From an uncultured Gemmatimonadales bacterium (GTDB lineage: Bacteria > Gemmatimonadota > Gemmatimonadetes > Gemmatimonadales > Gemmatimonadaceae): DNA of 64,000 bases. The notes beneath the pieces were generated by a model, which was not told the DNA's origin, ran no database searches, and saw only the letters and a list, made by a program, of their open reading frames with translations. Positions within the stretch are counted from its first letter, which is position 1. Each line of letters begins with the position of its first letter. Where the stretch lies: contig OY969695.1 in the NCBI GenBank assembly GCA_963701965.1, forward strand, positions 2,816,001 to 2,880,000, written 5' to 3'. Below, in pieces: positions 50,424 to 58,576 of the stretch. The position numbers and the translations under genes are program-made.

Positions 50424-51362
50424 GTGGGCACCACAGCACGAGTCGCCGGCTGGTCGGCGCCGGCGAGGAGCGGCAACTTGCCACTGACCAATGAAGGACC
50501 AAGTCCCACCGAGAGCCTGGTTCCGGTGGATGCGTACGCGGTGCAGGGCGCGCCGCATACGTCTCGTCGCGCGGCTGGACCGGCGCACGTCGCCGCGCTC
50601 CTGTTGCGCAAGCCCGAGCGCGCCCACGTCGAGCGCGTGCTCAAGTCGCGGGCGACGATCTCGTTCTGCGATCGCATGGACTCGCTGGTGCAGCTCGCCG
50701 AGAGTTTGCCCCTGTCGGCGGTCGTGACGGAGCTGCGGGATATCGAGGGCGAGCGCGTGGGGCAGACGATCGCGCACTTGCGGGAGCGGTTCCCGACGCT
50801 GCCCATTGTCATTTTCGTCTCACTGGAAGCGGCCGATGTGCACGAACTGGCGCACGTGCCCGAGCTTCGGGCGACGGCGGTGGTGATTCGGGCATACGAC
50901 GATCTGGCGGCCGAGGTTTTGGCCGCGATCCGCACGGTGCCTGAACATCCGGCCGAGGTGAAAATCCTCGAGACCGTCCACCGTCACGCCCCGCGGGGGC
51001 TCGTGAACCTGTTCGACTTTCTGGCGCACGCGGCGGTCCGGCCGATCACGGTAGAGCAAGCGTCAAAGGGCGTCCGCGTTCCGCGGCGCACGTTGGGGGA
51101 TCAACTGAAGCGCGCGGGATTGCCGCCGATGGAACGGTTGATCGGTTGGATGCGGCTCCTGCACGCGGCGTGGAAGATGGACGGCCATGGACGGACGGTC
51201 GATTCGGTCGCCAATGAGCTGGAGTTCAAGTCGGGATCGGCGTTGCGCCATATGGTGAAGCGCTACACGGGGAGAACGCCATCGGAGATCTGGTCGCTGG
51301 GCGGGTTCGCGTATCTGCTCAATCAGTTCGAGCACTCGCTGTGGAGCGAAACGCGCGTGTAA
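50424..51362 (+). CDS. AraC-family regulator with degenerate receiver-like N-terminal domain
   Basis: C-terminal double HTH (RRTLGDQL, WMRLLHAA, TVDSVANELEFKSGSALRHMVKRYTGRTP). The start is uncertain. Confidence 0.82.
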   Translation: MGTTARVAGWSAPARSGNLPLTNEGPSPTESLVPVDAYAVQGAPHTSRRAAGPAHVAALLLRKPERAHVERVLKSRATISFCDRMDSLVQLAESLPLSAVVTELRDIEGERVGQTIAHLRERFPTLPIVIFVSLEAADVHELAHVPELRATAVVIRAYDDLAAEVLAAIRTVPEHPAEVKILETVHRHAPRGLVNLFDFLAHAAVRPITVEQASKGVRVPRRTLGDQLKRAGLPPMERLIGWMRLLHAAWKMDGHGRTVDSVANELEFKSGSALRHMVKRYTGRTPSEIWSLGGFAYLLNQFEHSLWSETRV

Positions 51363-51394
51363 AGCGGCGTAACGATATCCCGAAGAGACCGGGT

Positions 51395-51439
51395 AAACGG
51401 CGGTCGTTGCTCGCCCAGAGCGAGTGACGACCGCCGTTT
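51395..51439 (+). terminator. 20-bp hairpin after the AraC gene
   Basis: AAACGGCGGTCGTTGCTCGC-CCAGA-GCGAGTGACGACCGCCGTTT, with two G-U pairs. Confidence 0.75.
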
Positions 51440-51551
51440 GCCGCACTGTTCATTTTCGCACAGGCTTGCAGTGTGGCAACAATTGCTTACTGTGTCCCCC
51501 ACCCGCCCGTGGTGTCCGCCATGGAGCCGGAGAGTCTTCGTCGGGGGCATC

Positions 51552-52265
51552 ATGTCGAGCAGCGAGCCAGCCCTGAGTTGGACCGGTGAATGGTGGGCGC
51601 CGAAGCCGGAACCCCAACAGCCGGCCGCGCCGCCGCCCGCTGCTCCCGCCGCTCCCGCTGCCCGGCAACCCTGGCGCGCGCTGACGTACGCCGAGCGCAA
51701 TCCGTGGGCGGGACGCGTCGACACGCTGGAAGCGATGGACGCCATTCGGAACGGCGACGAGAACGCCTACGAAGCAATGTTCAAGGAGTTCTATCGGTCG
51801 TTGTGTTCGTTCGCCTATCGCTATGTGCGCTCGCCGGAGTTGGCCGAGGAGGTCGTGCAGGAAGTTCTGGGCGCGCTGTGGCTCCGGCGCGAGGACATCA
51901 CGGTGCGGGTCAGCGTCAAATCTTATCTCTACGGTGCCGTGCGTTACCGCGCGCTCAACGTCGTGGCCCGGAATCGCATCGAAGCGACGTGGCTGGCGCA
52001 GGCGTTGCAGAATGGCGCGCCGGCGATCGCCACGGAGCGCGCCGCCGACGAGCAATTTGTGCTCGAGGAGAGATCGGCCGCCGTGGGGAAGGCCGTCCAC
52101 GACTTGCCGCAGAAGCGGCGCGCGGTCTTCGTACTGCGCTCGTCGACGCAAATGAGCTACGCGGAGATCGCCGAGGTGTTGCACACGTCCGTGAAGAATG
52201 TCGAGGTGCAATTGCGTCGCGCGACGCACTCGCTGCGAGCGGCGTTGCCACAGCACGCGGAGTGA
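51552..52265 (+). CDS. ECF sigma-70 factor (FecI-like)
   Basis: GDENAYEAMFKEFY..LCSFA, AEEVVQEV, SYLYGAVR and MSYAEIAEVL..SVKNVE. It has a Pro/Ala-rich N-terminal extension. Confidence 0.92.
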   Translation: MSSSEPALSWTGEWWAPKPEPQQPAAPPPAAPAAPAARQPWRALTYAERNPWAGRVDTLEAMDAIRNGDENAYEAMFKEFYRSLCSFAYRYVRSPELAEEVVQEVLGALWLRREDITVRVSVKSYLYGAVRYRALNVVARNRIEATWLAQALQNGAPAIATERAADEQFVLEERSAAVGKAVHDLPQKRRAVFVLRSSTQMSYAEIAEVLHTSVKNVEVQLRRATHSLRAALPQHAE

Positions 52266-52348
52266 ATCAGTACTGTAGGGTTTGTTCGGGGTGGCCGGTC
52301 CGGGGTACGAATTATGTCGCCCGCGACTGACACCACCCCGGATAACGG

Positions 52349-53440
52349 ATGGAGATTCCCAACGACATCGACTGGGCTCTGATCGCGAAGTATCTGGCTG
52401 GTGATGCCACATCCGCCGAGATCGAGAGAGTCGAGCAGTGGGCCGCGGCCGATCCCCGCCACGCCGCCGAGCTTGACGCGATACGCAATGACGCGATACG
52501 CAATGACGCGGTACGCGAGCGCACGGCCGACGCCGGCGCCGAGCCACTTCCCCAATTCGACGTCGAGGCCGCGTGGGCCAAGAGCCCGGTCGCGCGCGAA
52601 CGCGCATCGGCCCCGCGGATTCGTCTGCTCGGTCATACGCGGGTCCGGCGGTCGCGCGTGGCCGTCGCCGCCTCGTGGCTCGCGGCCGCGGGCATCATCG
52701 TCGCCATCCCGTTCATCTGGAATATCGTGCGGGCGCGGCGCGCCGAGTTGTCCCAGCAGGCGAGCGCCGACGACACGATCTACGAGACCCACAAAGGCGA
52801 GCGGAGCCGCATCCAGCTGTCCGACGGCACGACGATCGCGATGGCCGCCGACACCCGGCTTCGCGTCTCGTCGCGCTACGGCGATCTCCGGCGCGATGTG
52901 TTCCTCACTGGTGAGGCGCTGTTCGACGTCACGCACGACGCGGCGCGGCCATTCGCAGTCCACGTGGGCGATCTCGTGGCCCAGGACCTCGGCACCCAGT
53001 TTGGCGTCCGGGCGTATGCCGGCAAGAGACTCCAGATCGTCGTCGCCAAAGGCGCGGTCTCACTCGGCGCCGACAAGAGCCGCGCGCCACGCCCCGGCGC
53101 GCCCGCCCTGCCGGATCTGCCGCCCGTCCGCCTGGCGCCCGGCGATCTCGGGCAGCTGGACTCGACCGGACACATCACGTTGCAGCATGACGTCGACGTC
53201 ACCCGATACCTGGGCTGGACCGAAGGGCGCCTCTCGTACCAACTGGCGCCGCTGAGCGAGATCATCGCCGATCTCGATCGCTGGTACGACGTCGACATCC
53301 GCCTCGCCGATTCGTCGGCTGGCACCACCCGGGTCACCATGTCGGCGACGGGTAAGTCGATCGACAATGTCATGACCGTGCTGGGGGCCGCCCTCGCGCT
53401 CCACGTCGAGCGCCACGGCCGCGTCTTCACAATGCACTAG
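52349..53440 (+). CDS. FecR-family anti-sigma/sensor
   Basis: LIAKYLAG, TM, GERSRIQLSDGT, RDVFLTGEALFDV, DLGTQF, WTEGRL and LDRWYDVDI. Confidence 0.92.
   Translation: MEIPNDIDWALIAKYLAGDATSAEIERVEQWAAADPRHAAELDAIRNDAIRNDAVRERTADAGAEPLPQFDVEAAWAKSPVARERASAPRIRLLGHTRVRRSRVAVAASWLAAAGIIVAIPFIWNIVRARRAELSQQASADDTIYETHKGERSRIQLSDGTTIAMAADTRLRVSSRYGDLRRDVFLTGEALFDVTHDAARPFAVHVGDLVAQDLGTQFGVRAYAGKRLQIVVAKGAVSLGADKSRAPRPGAPALPDLPPVRLAPGDLGQLDSTGHITLQHDVDVTRYLGWTEGRLSYQLAPLSEIIADLDRWYDVDIRLADSSAGTTRVTMSATGKSIDNVMTVLGAALALHVERHGRVFTMH
52475..52516 (+). repeat. In-frame 15-bp tandem duplication in FecR (DAIRN-DAIRN-DAVR)
   Basis: GACGCGATACGCAAT x2 followed by GACGCGGTACGC. Confidence 0.9.
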
Positions 53441-53450
53441 TATTCGCGGC

Positions 53451-54632
53451 GTGTCCGTCACGCCGCTGCCCGTCACCCGGAGCACGCTCGCCCGTTTTCT
53501 CGTGGAGACCCTCGATCTGGCCGCCAAGCGGCCGGGCGGGACTCCCGACGATGTGTTGGACGAGATCCGCCGGTTGGAGTGCGTGCAAATCGATCCCGTG
53601 GCCGCGGTCGAACGCAACCAACATCTGGCGCTGCACGCCCGGCTCCGGACCTATGCCCCGGCCACACTCGGCGCCCTGCTGGAGCGCGCGCAGGTCTTCG
53701 AGGGCATCGCCAATGCCGCGTGCGTGATCCCCATCGAGGACTATCCGATCTTCGCCGGCACCCGGCGCCGCCGTCTGGCCGGTCTGGCGCGCGCGCTGGC
53801 CGATCTCGACCCGATCGTGCGCCACGTGCGGACGACGCTCGCCGAACGCGGTCCCCAACCGGCGCGGTCGTTCGAGTCCGCGCATCGGGTGCGCGGGTAT
53901 TGGAACGTCGGGACCGCCACGACCAAGGCCACGTCGCACGCCCTCACCCTGCTGCTCGACGCGGGAGAGGTGATCGTCGTCCGCCGCGACGGCAATACGC
54001 GGTGGTTCGATCTGCCCGAGCACGCCCTGCCGCCGGCGCTGTTCGATGCCGCGCAGCGCATCCCGACGCCCGACGCCGACGAGGCCCTCCTCCAGAAATA
54101 CTTGCGGGCGCTCCGGGTGTGCGACGCCGGAGACTTTCGCTTCGGATGGCGGGCCATGCCGGCCGCCGAGCGCGTCGCCCGGTTGGAGCAGATGGCCGGG
54201 GAGGGGCACATCGTGCCCTTAGCGGTGCGCGATGTGAAGCGCCGCTACTACGTCCTCGCTTCCGATGCCGAAGTCCTGGAGCGCCCGCGCCGCGGCGCCG
54301 GCGCCGGCGGCCTGCGCTTTCTGCCGCCGCTCGACAACCTGCTGTGGCGCCGCAGCCGTCTCGCCGACCTGTTTCGGTTCGACTACACGTGGGAGGTGTA
54401 TCTCCCGGCCGCCAAACGCCGGTACGGCTACTACGCCATGCCGATACTGTTCAACGGCCGCCTCATCGGCCGCATGGACCCCAACCTCGATCGCGAACGC
54501 GGTCGCATGACGGTGAAAGTGCATCTCGAGCCCGATGTCGCGGCCACCGAACGGCTGCGGTCGGCACTGCGTCGGTCCCTCGCCGCCTTCGCGGAGTGGC
54601 ATGGCGCCGACCTCGTTAAGTTGCGGTCATGA
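53451..54632 (+). CDS. YcaQ/AlkZ-family crosslink-repair DNA glycosylase (HTH_42)
   Basis: VQIDPV (Q-phi-D catalytic motif), LPPLDNLLW, FDYTWEVY and KRRYGYYAMPIL..GRMD. Confidence 0.88.
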   Translation: MSVTPLPVTRSTLARFLVETLDLAAKRPGGTPDDVLDEIRRLECVQIDPVAAVERNQHLALHARLRTYAPATLGALLERAQVFEGIANAACVIPIEDYPIFAGTRRRRLAGLARALADLDPIVRHVRTTLAERGPQPARSFESAHRVRGYWNVGTATTKATSHALTLLLDAGEVIVVRRDGNTRWFDLPEHALPPALFDAAQRIPTPDADEALLQKYLRALRVCDAGDFRFGWRAMPAAERVARLEQMAGEGHIVPLAVRDVKRRYYVLASDAEVLERPRRGAGAGGLRFLPPLDNLLWRRSRLADLFRFDYTWEVYLPAAKRRYGYYAMPILFNGRLIGRMDPNLDRERGRMTVKVHLEPDVAATERLRSALRRSLAAFAEWHGADLVKLRS

Positions 54633-55897
54633 CGACCGCCGCCGCGCCCGCGCCGACCCGTGCCGCGGGCGTCGTGTCCTCTCCCACGCAGGGGGCCCGG
54701 CTCGACGCGATCGATCTCCTGCGCGGCATCGTGATGGTCGTGATGGCGCTCGACCACACGCGGGACTTCGCGCTCAACTGGACCCTGTTTCACAGCGCGA
54801 CCGATCCGACGTCCACCACACCCGCCATCTTCCTGACGCGCTGGGTGACGCATTTCTGCGCGCCGGTGTTCGTGCTCCTCGCCGGCACCGGCATCTCGCT
54901 CCAACAGCAGCGCGGCAAGTCGATCGGCGCGCTCTCCCGGTTTCTGGTGACGCGCGGACTCTGGCTCATCCTGCTGGAGTTCACGGTCGTCCGCGCGGGA
55001 TGGCTGTTCGATTTGGATTACGGAAAGCTCTTTGGATTTTTCCAGGTGATCTGGGCCATCGGGTTTTCCATGATCGTCATGGCCGCGCTCATTCGACTCC
55101 CCGCGGCGACCGTGGGCGTGATCGGGCTCGCGCTGATCAGCTTTCACAATGTGCTCGATCGCGTCGCGCCCGCGACGTTCTGGCGCCCCGGGCTGCCCGA
55201 GCCCAGCCGGTGGAGTGAGATCTGGTCGGTGCTGCACGGGGCCGGCCTCATTCCCCTCGGCCACCCGTTCCCGCTGGCGCTCACCGGGTACGGCCTCATC
55301 CCGTGGCTGGGCGTCATGTGCGCCGGCTACGCGCTCGGCATGGTGTACAGTTGGCAGCCGGAGGCGCGGCGTCGCGTCCTGCTGCGCGCGGGCCTGGCGG
55401 TCACCGCGGCATTCATCGCGATCCGGCTCGCCAACAATTACGGCGATCCGGCGCCGTGGAGCGTGCAACACACGCCGGTCTTTACGGTGCTGTCGTTTCT
55501 CAACACCACCAAGTACCCGCCGTCGCTCGATTACCTGCTCATGACGCTCGGCCCTGCCCTCATCGCGTTGGCCTGGTTCGACCGCATCCGCGAGCCTGCG
55601 TTTGCCGTGCGGGCGCTCATCACGTTCGGTCGCGTGCCAATGTTCTTCTATCTCCTGCAATGGCCCGCCACGCACGGTCTCAGCTTGCTGGCGGGCGTCC
55701 TCGCCCACAAGCCCACGGCCTATCTCATCGGCACGCCGGCCTTCTCATCCCAGGGCATCGATCCGCAGTCCGGCTTTGGACTCGGCACGACGTATCTCAT
55801 CTGGATCACGGTGATCGTGATCCTGTATCCGTTGTGCGCGTGGTACGCTGGCGTCAAGCGCCGGCATCGCGACTGGTGGTGGCTCAGCTATTTGTGA
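54629..55897 (+). CDS. DUF1624 / HGSNAT-like membrane acyltransferase
   Basis: RLDAIDLLRGIVMVVMALDH, TRWVTHFCAPVF, KYPPSL and GRVPMFFY. Confidence 0.9.
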   Translation: MTTAAAPAPTRAAGVVSSPTQGARLDAIDLLRGIVMVVMALDHTRDFALNWTLFHSATDPTSTTPAIFLTRWVTHFCAPVFVLLAGTGISLQQQRGKSIGALSRFLVTRGLWLILLEFTVVRAGWLFDLDYGKLFGFFQVIWAIGFSMIVMAALIRLPAATVGVIGLALISFHNVLDRVAPATFWRPGLPEPSRWSEIWSVLHGAGLIPLGHPFPLALTGYGLIPWLGVMCAGYALGMVYSWQPEARRRVLLRAGLAVTAAFIAIRLANNYGDPAPWSVQHTPVFTVLSFLNTTKYPPSLDYLLMTLGPALIALAWFDRIREPAFAVRALITFGRVPMFFYLLQWPATHGLSLLAGVLAHKPTAYLIGTPAFSSQGIDPQSGFGLGTTYLIWITVIVILYPLCAWYAGVKRRHRDWWWLSYL

Positions 55898-55967
55898 GTC
55901 GGCGCTCCAACGTGCGGTGCGAGCCGGGTGTATCCCGGTAGGACACTTCATGAGGAGTAGCGACCGA

Positions 55968-56333
55968 ATGCGCACCATACGCTGGCTCGCCGTCATGATC
56001 GGCGCAGCCTTGTTGATTCCAGGAGCGGCCGCGCACGCGCAAGGGAGAGGAATGGGTGGCGGCGGCGGCCGCCGTCCCGACTTGTTGCAAGGGATCACGT
56101 TGACGGACGCGCAGAAGACGTCCGTCGACTCGATCCATACCGCGTATCGATCGCAGTTCGAGGCCCTCGGCCAGCCCGGGCCCGACACCCGCGATCAGCG
56201 GCGGCAGCTGTTCCAGAAGGAGAACGCCGATATTCGCGGGCTGCTCACGCCGGATCAGCAGACGCAGTTCGACAAGAACCTCGCCGACGCCCAATCCCGC
56301 ATGCAATCGCGCGCCGGTGGCGGCAACACCTAG
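55968..56333 (+). CDS. Spy/CpxP-like periplasmic chaperone
   Basis: Signal peptide, LTDAQK and LTPDQQ (two LTxxQ motifs), and a GAGGAG RBS. Confidence 0.8.
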   Translation: MRTIRWLAVMIGAALLIPGAAAHAQGRGMGGGGGRRPDLLQGITLTDAQKTSVDSIHTAYRSQFEALGQPGPDTRDQRRQLFQKENADIRGLLTPDQQTQFDKNLADAQSRMQSRAGGGNT

Positions 56334-56345
56334 CAGAAAACGATC

Positions 56346-56372
56346 GCGGGGCCAGTCTTTGACTGGCCCCGC
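56346..56372. terminator. Shared terminator between convergent genes
   Basis: GCGGGGCCAGTC-TTT-GACTGGCCCCGC 12-bp perfect stem. Confidence 0.8.
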
Positions 56373-56384
56373 TCGTCGTCGCGC

Positions 56385-56699
56385 TTAGCGCCAGCGCCCC
56401 TCGACCCAGAAATATCCCCGCGGCTCGCGGTCCCAGTGACCGGGGACCCATTCGCGCCGGCCGCGCGGCGGCAGCGCCCAGTAGCCACGCACCCACTCGT
56501 AGTGGCCACCGACCCACTGATGATGGCCGGCGATCCAGTAGTGGCCCGGACTTGGACGCGCCGGGGCCGTCTCCACCACTTCGACGGGCGGTCTCACGTT
56601 CACGAACACCCGCGCCTCGACCTGCGCGCTGGCGCGCGGCGCGGAGGCCGCGAGCATGATGCCGGCCAGCGCAACCGCTGGCAGATATTTCTTTAACAT
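56385..56699 (-). CDS. YXWGXW (WXXGXW) repeat secreted protein
   Basis: Signal peptide followed by WIAGHH, WVRGYW, WVPGHW and WVEGRW. Confidence 0.9.
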   Translation of the reverse strand: MLKKYLPAVALAGIMLAASAPRASAQVEARVFVNVRPPVEVVETAPARPSPGHYWIAGHHQWVGGHYEWVRGYWALPPRGRREWVPGHWDREPRGYFWVEGRWR

Positions 56700-56759
56700 A
56701 GGTCCCCCATTCGGTTCGTGTTGCTCGTCACGTATTGGACGAGCGAACCAGGGCCGGCG

Positions 56760-58517
56760 TTAATGCCCGGCCGCGAGCCGCCGGAATCGGGGGATGGCGC
56801 GCAACTGGTCGAATACCGGGTCAACGCGAAGCCAGCCTGGCGACAGCAACGCGGGACCTTTGAGCAAACTCTCAATGAGATCGAGCGCTTTGTCCCGCGC
56901 GCCAATGCGCAGGTAGATCCGGGCCAACGTCTGCTGGTACGTCGGTCCTTGCCAGGTGTTTTCCGGCGGCGGCGCCAGCGTCACGGCGCGCTCGCCTTCG
57001 CGCGCCGCGTCGTTCGTGCGGCCAAGGTAGGCCAGGGCCAGCCCGTACTCGGCGTGCAGCGCGGGTGACTCCGGCGCGGCGCGGAGCGCTCCTTCGAGTT
57101 GGCCGCGCGCCGAGTCCGCGAACGCGCGCATGCGCGCGCTGTCGCCGAGCAGCATCGCGTCCGCCGCGATGGCGCTGGCCCAGGCGGCGCGGTTGCCGCC
57201 GAACGCGCGCGGTCCGAGCGTGGTCACGTAGCGCCAGGTCGTCGAGTCCATCACCGCGATCGCGCCGAGCACGCCGCTGGCATAGGCGTAGAGCGCCGCC
57301 GAGTCCGTGACCTGCGCGCCAGCGCGGAGTACCGCGCGCGCCGCCTCGCGGTCGCCGGCGCAGAGCTCCACGAGCGCGCGGTCGACGATGGCGTCCGCGC
57401 TGCCGGGCGCGCGGGCGAGCGCCAGGTCCAACGCCTGGCGCGCCTCGGGGTACCGGCGTAGCCGGAGCAGCGTCGTCCCCCGCACCCGCGCCGCCGCGCT
57501 GCCGAACGGCTCCATCCGTTCGGCCTGGTCGAGCCGCGCCAATGCTTGCTCCCAATGGCCCACACTGCGGAGCGTCTGCGCGCTCGCCACCAGGATCTCG
57601 GCGTCGTTCGGCGCGTACCGCAGCGCGGCCTCGTACTCGCGCAGCGCCGCGTCGTTGTCGCCGGCGATCGTGGCATCGTACAAAGCCATGGCGCCGTGCG
57701 CCGGCCCCAAAGTTGGCGCGATCGCCAGGGCGCGCTCGGCGTCCTTGTGCGCGGCCCGGGCCAGCGCGGAGTCGGCGCGGCCGCGCGCCACCCATAGCGC
57801 GCTCAGCGTGGTACTGAGTCTGGCCCACGCCAGCGCGAACGCGGGATCGACGGCGACCGCGCGCTCATAGGCCGCGATCGCGCGGCGCGGGTCGGTCGTG
57901 GATTGTCCTTTGACATATCCCTCCCACGCGTCGAGACTCGACGTCGGCGTCGCGTCGATCGCGCCGCGGTCGCCGGGGTCGAGCGTGACGCCAAGTGCGC
58001 TCGCGACCTTGGTGGCGATCGACGCCTGGATCGCGAACACGTCGGCGACGCGCGCGCTGTACGGCGCCGACCACGTCTCGCCGGCGCTGGCGGCATCGAA
58101 CAGCTCCGGCTCGACGGCCAATCGTCCGCCGGCGCGCTGCACGCGGCCCCGCAGCAGGTAGCGCACGTGCAGCGCCCGGCCGATCGCCGCCGGCGTTTCC
58201 TCGCTGTGGCCGTAGCGGGCCGCGCTCGCCGGCGCAATCACCTCGATGCCCGGCACGGCGGCGAGCTTCGTCCGGAGACCGTCCGTCATCCCATCGGCGA
58301 GATACGCATCCGTCGAGTCGCCGGTATTGTCGAATGGGAGCACCGCGAGCCGCGCGGGCGCGGCGGCGCGCGGCATCGAGATCGAGCGGTTGTGCCAGGC
58401 GTTGGTGAGACCGGCGCCCACGAGCACCGCCACCAGGGTGCCGGCAATGGCGATCGCCGCCGGCACGCGCCGGCGGGTCGGGGTGAGACTCAGGGGCACT
58501 TCAGGCGCGTCGGTCAT
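56760..58517 (-). CDS. Membrane-anchored TolB-N-like + TPR protein (no catalytic domain)
   Basis: TM, RLAVLPFDN...YLADGMTD, DVFAIQ..IA, TPR helices and terminal LRVDPVFDQLR..PRF. Confidence 0.85.
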   Translation of the reverse strand: MTDAPEVPLSLTPTRRRVPAAIAIAGTLVAVLVGAGLTNAWHNRSISMPRAAAPARLAVLPFDNTGDSTDAYLADGMTDGLRTKLAAVPGIEVIAPASAARYGHSEETPAAIGRALHVRYLLRGRVQRAGGRLAVEPELFDAASAGETWSAPYSARVADVFAIQASIATKVASALGVTLDPGDRGAIDATPTSSLDAWEGYVKGQSTTDPRRAIAAYERAVAVDPAFALAWARLSTTLSALWVARGRADSALARAAHKDAERALAIAPTLGPAHGAMALYDATIAGDNDAALREYEAALRYAPNDAEILVASAQTLRSVGHWEQALARLDQAERMEPFGSAAARVRGTTLLRLRRYPEARQALDLALARAPGSADAIVDRALVELCAGDREAARAVLRAGAQVTDSAALYAYASGVLGAIAVMDSTTWRYVTTLGPRAFGGNRAAWASAIAADAMLLGDSARMRAFADSARGQLEGALRAAPESPALHAEYGLALAYLGRTNDAAREGERAVTLAPPPENTWQGPTYQQTLARIYLRIGARDKALDLIESLLKGPALLSPGWLRVDPVFDQLRAIPRFRRLAAGH

Positions 58518-58576
58518 CCAGGCCCACACACTGTGGGCCGGCGACCTCGACCGTCAAGGCCGAACGTCAAAGCCGA

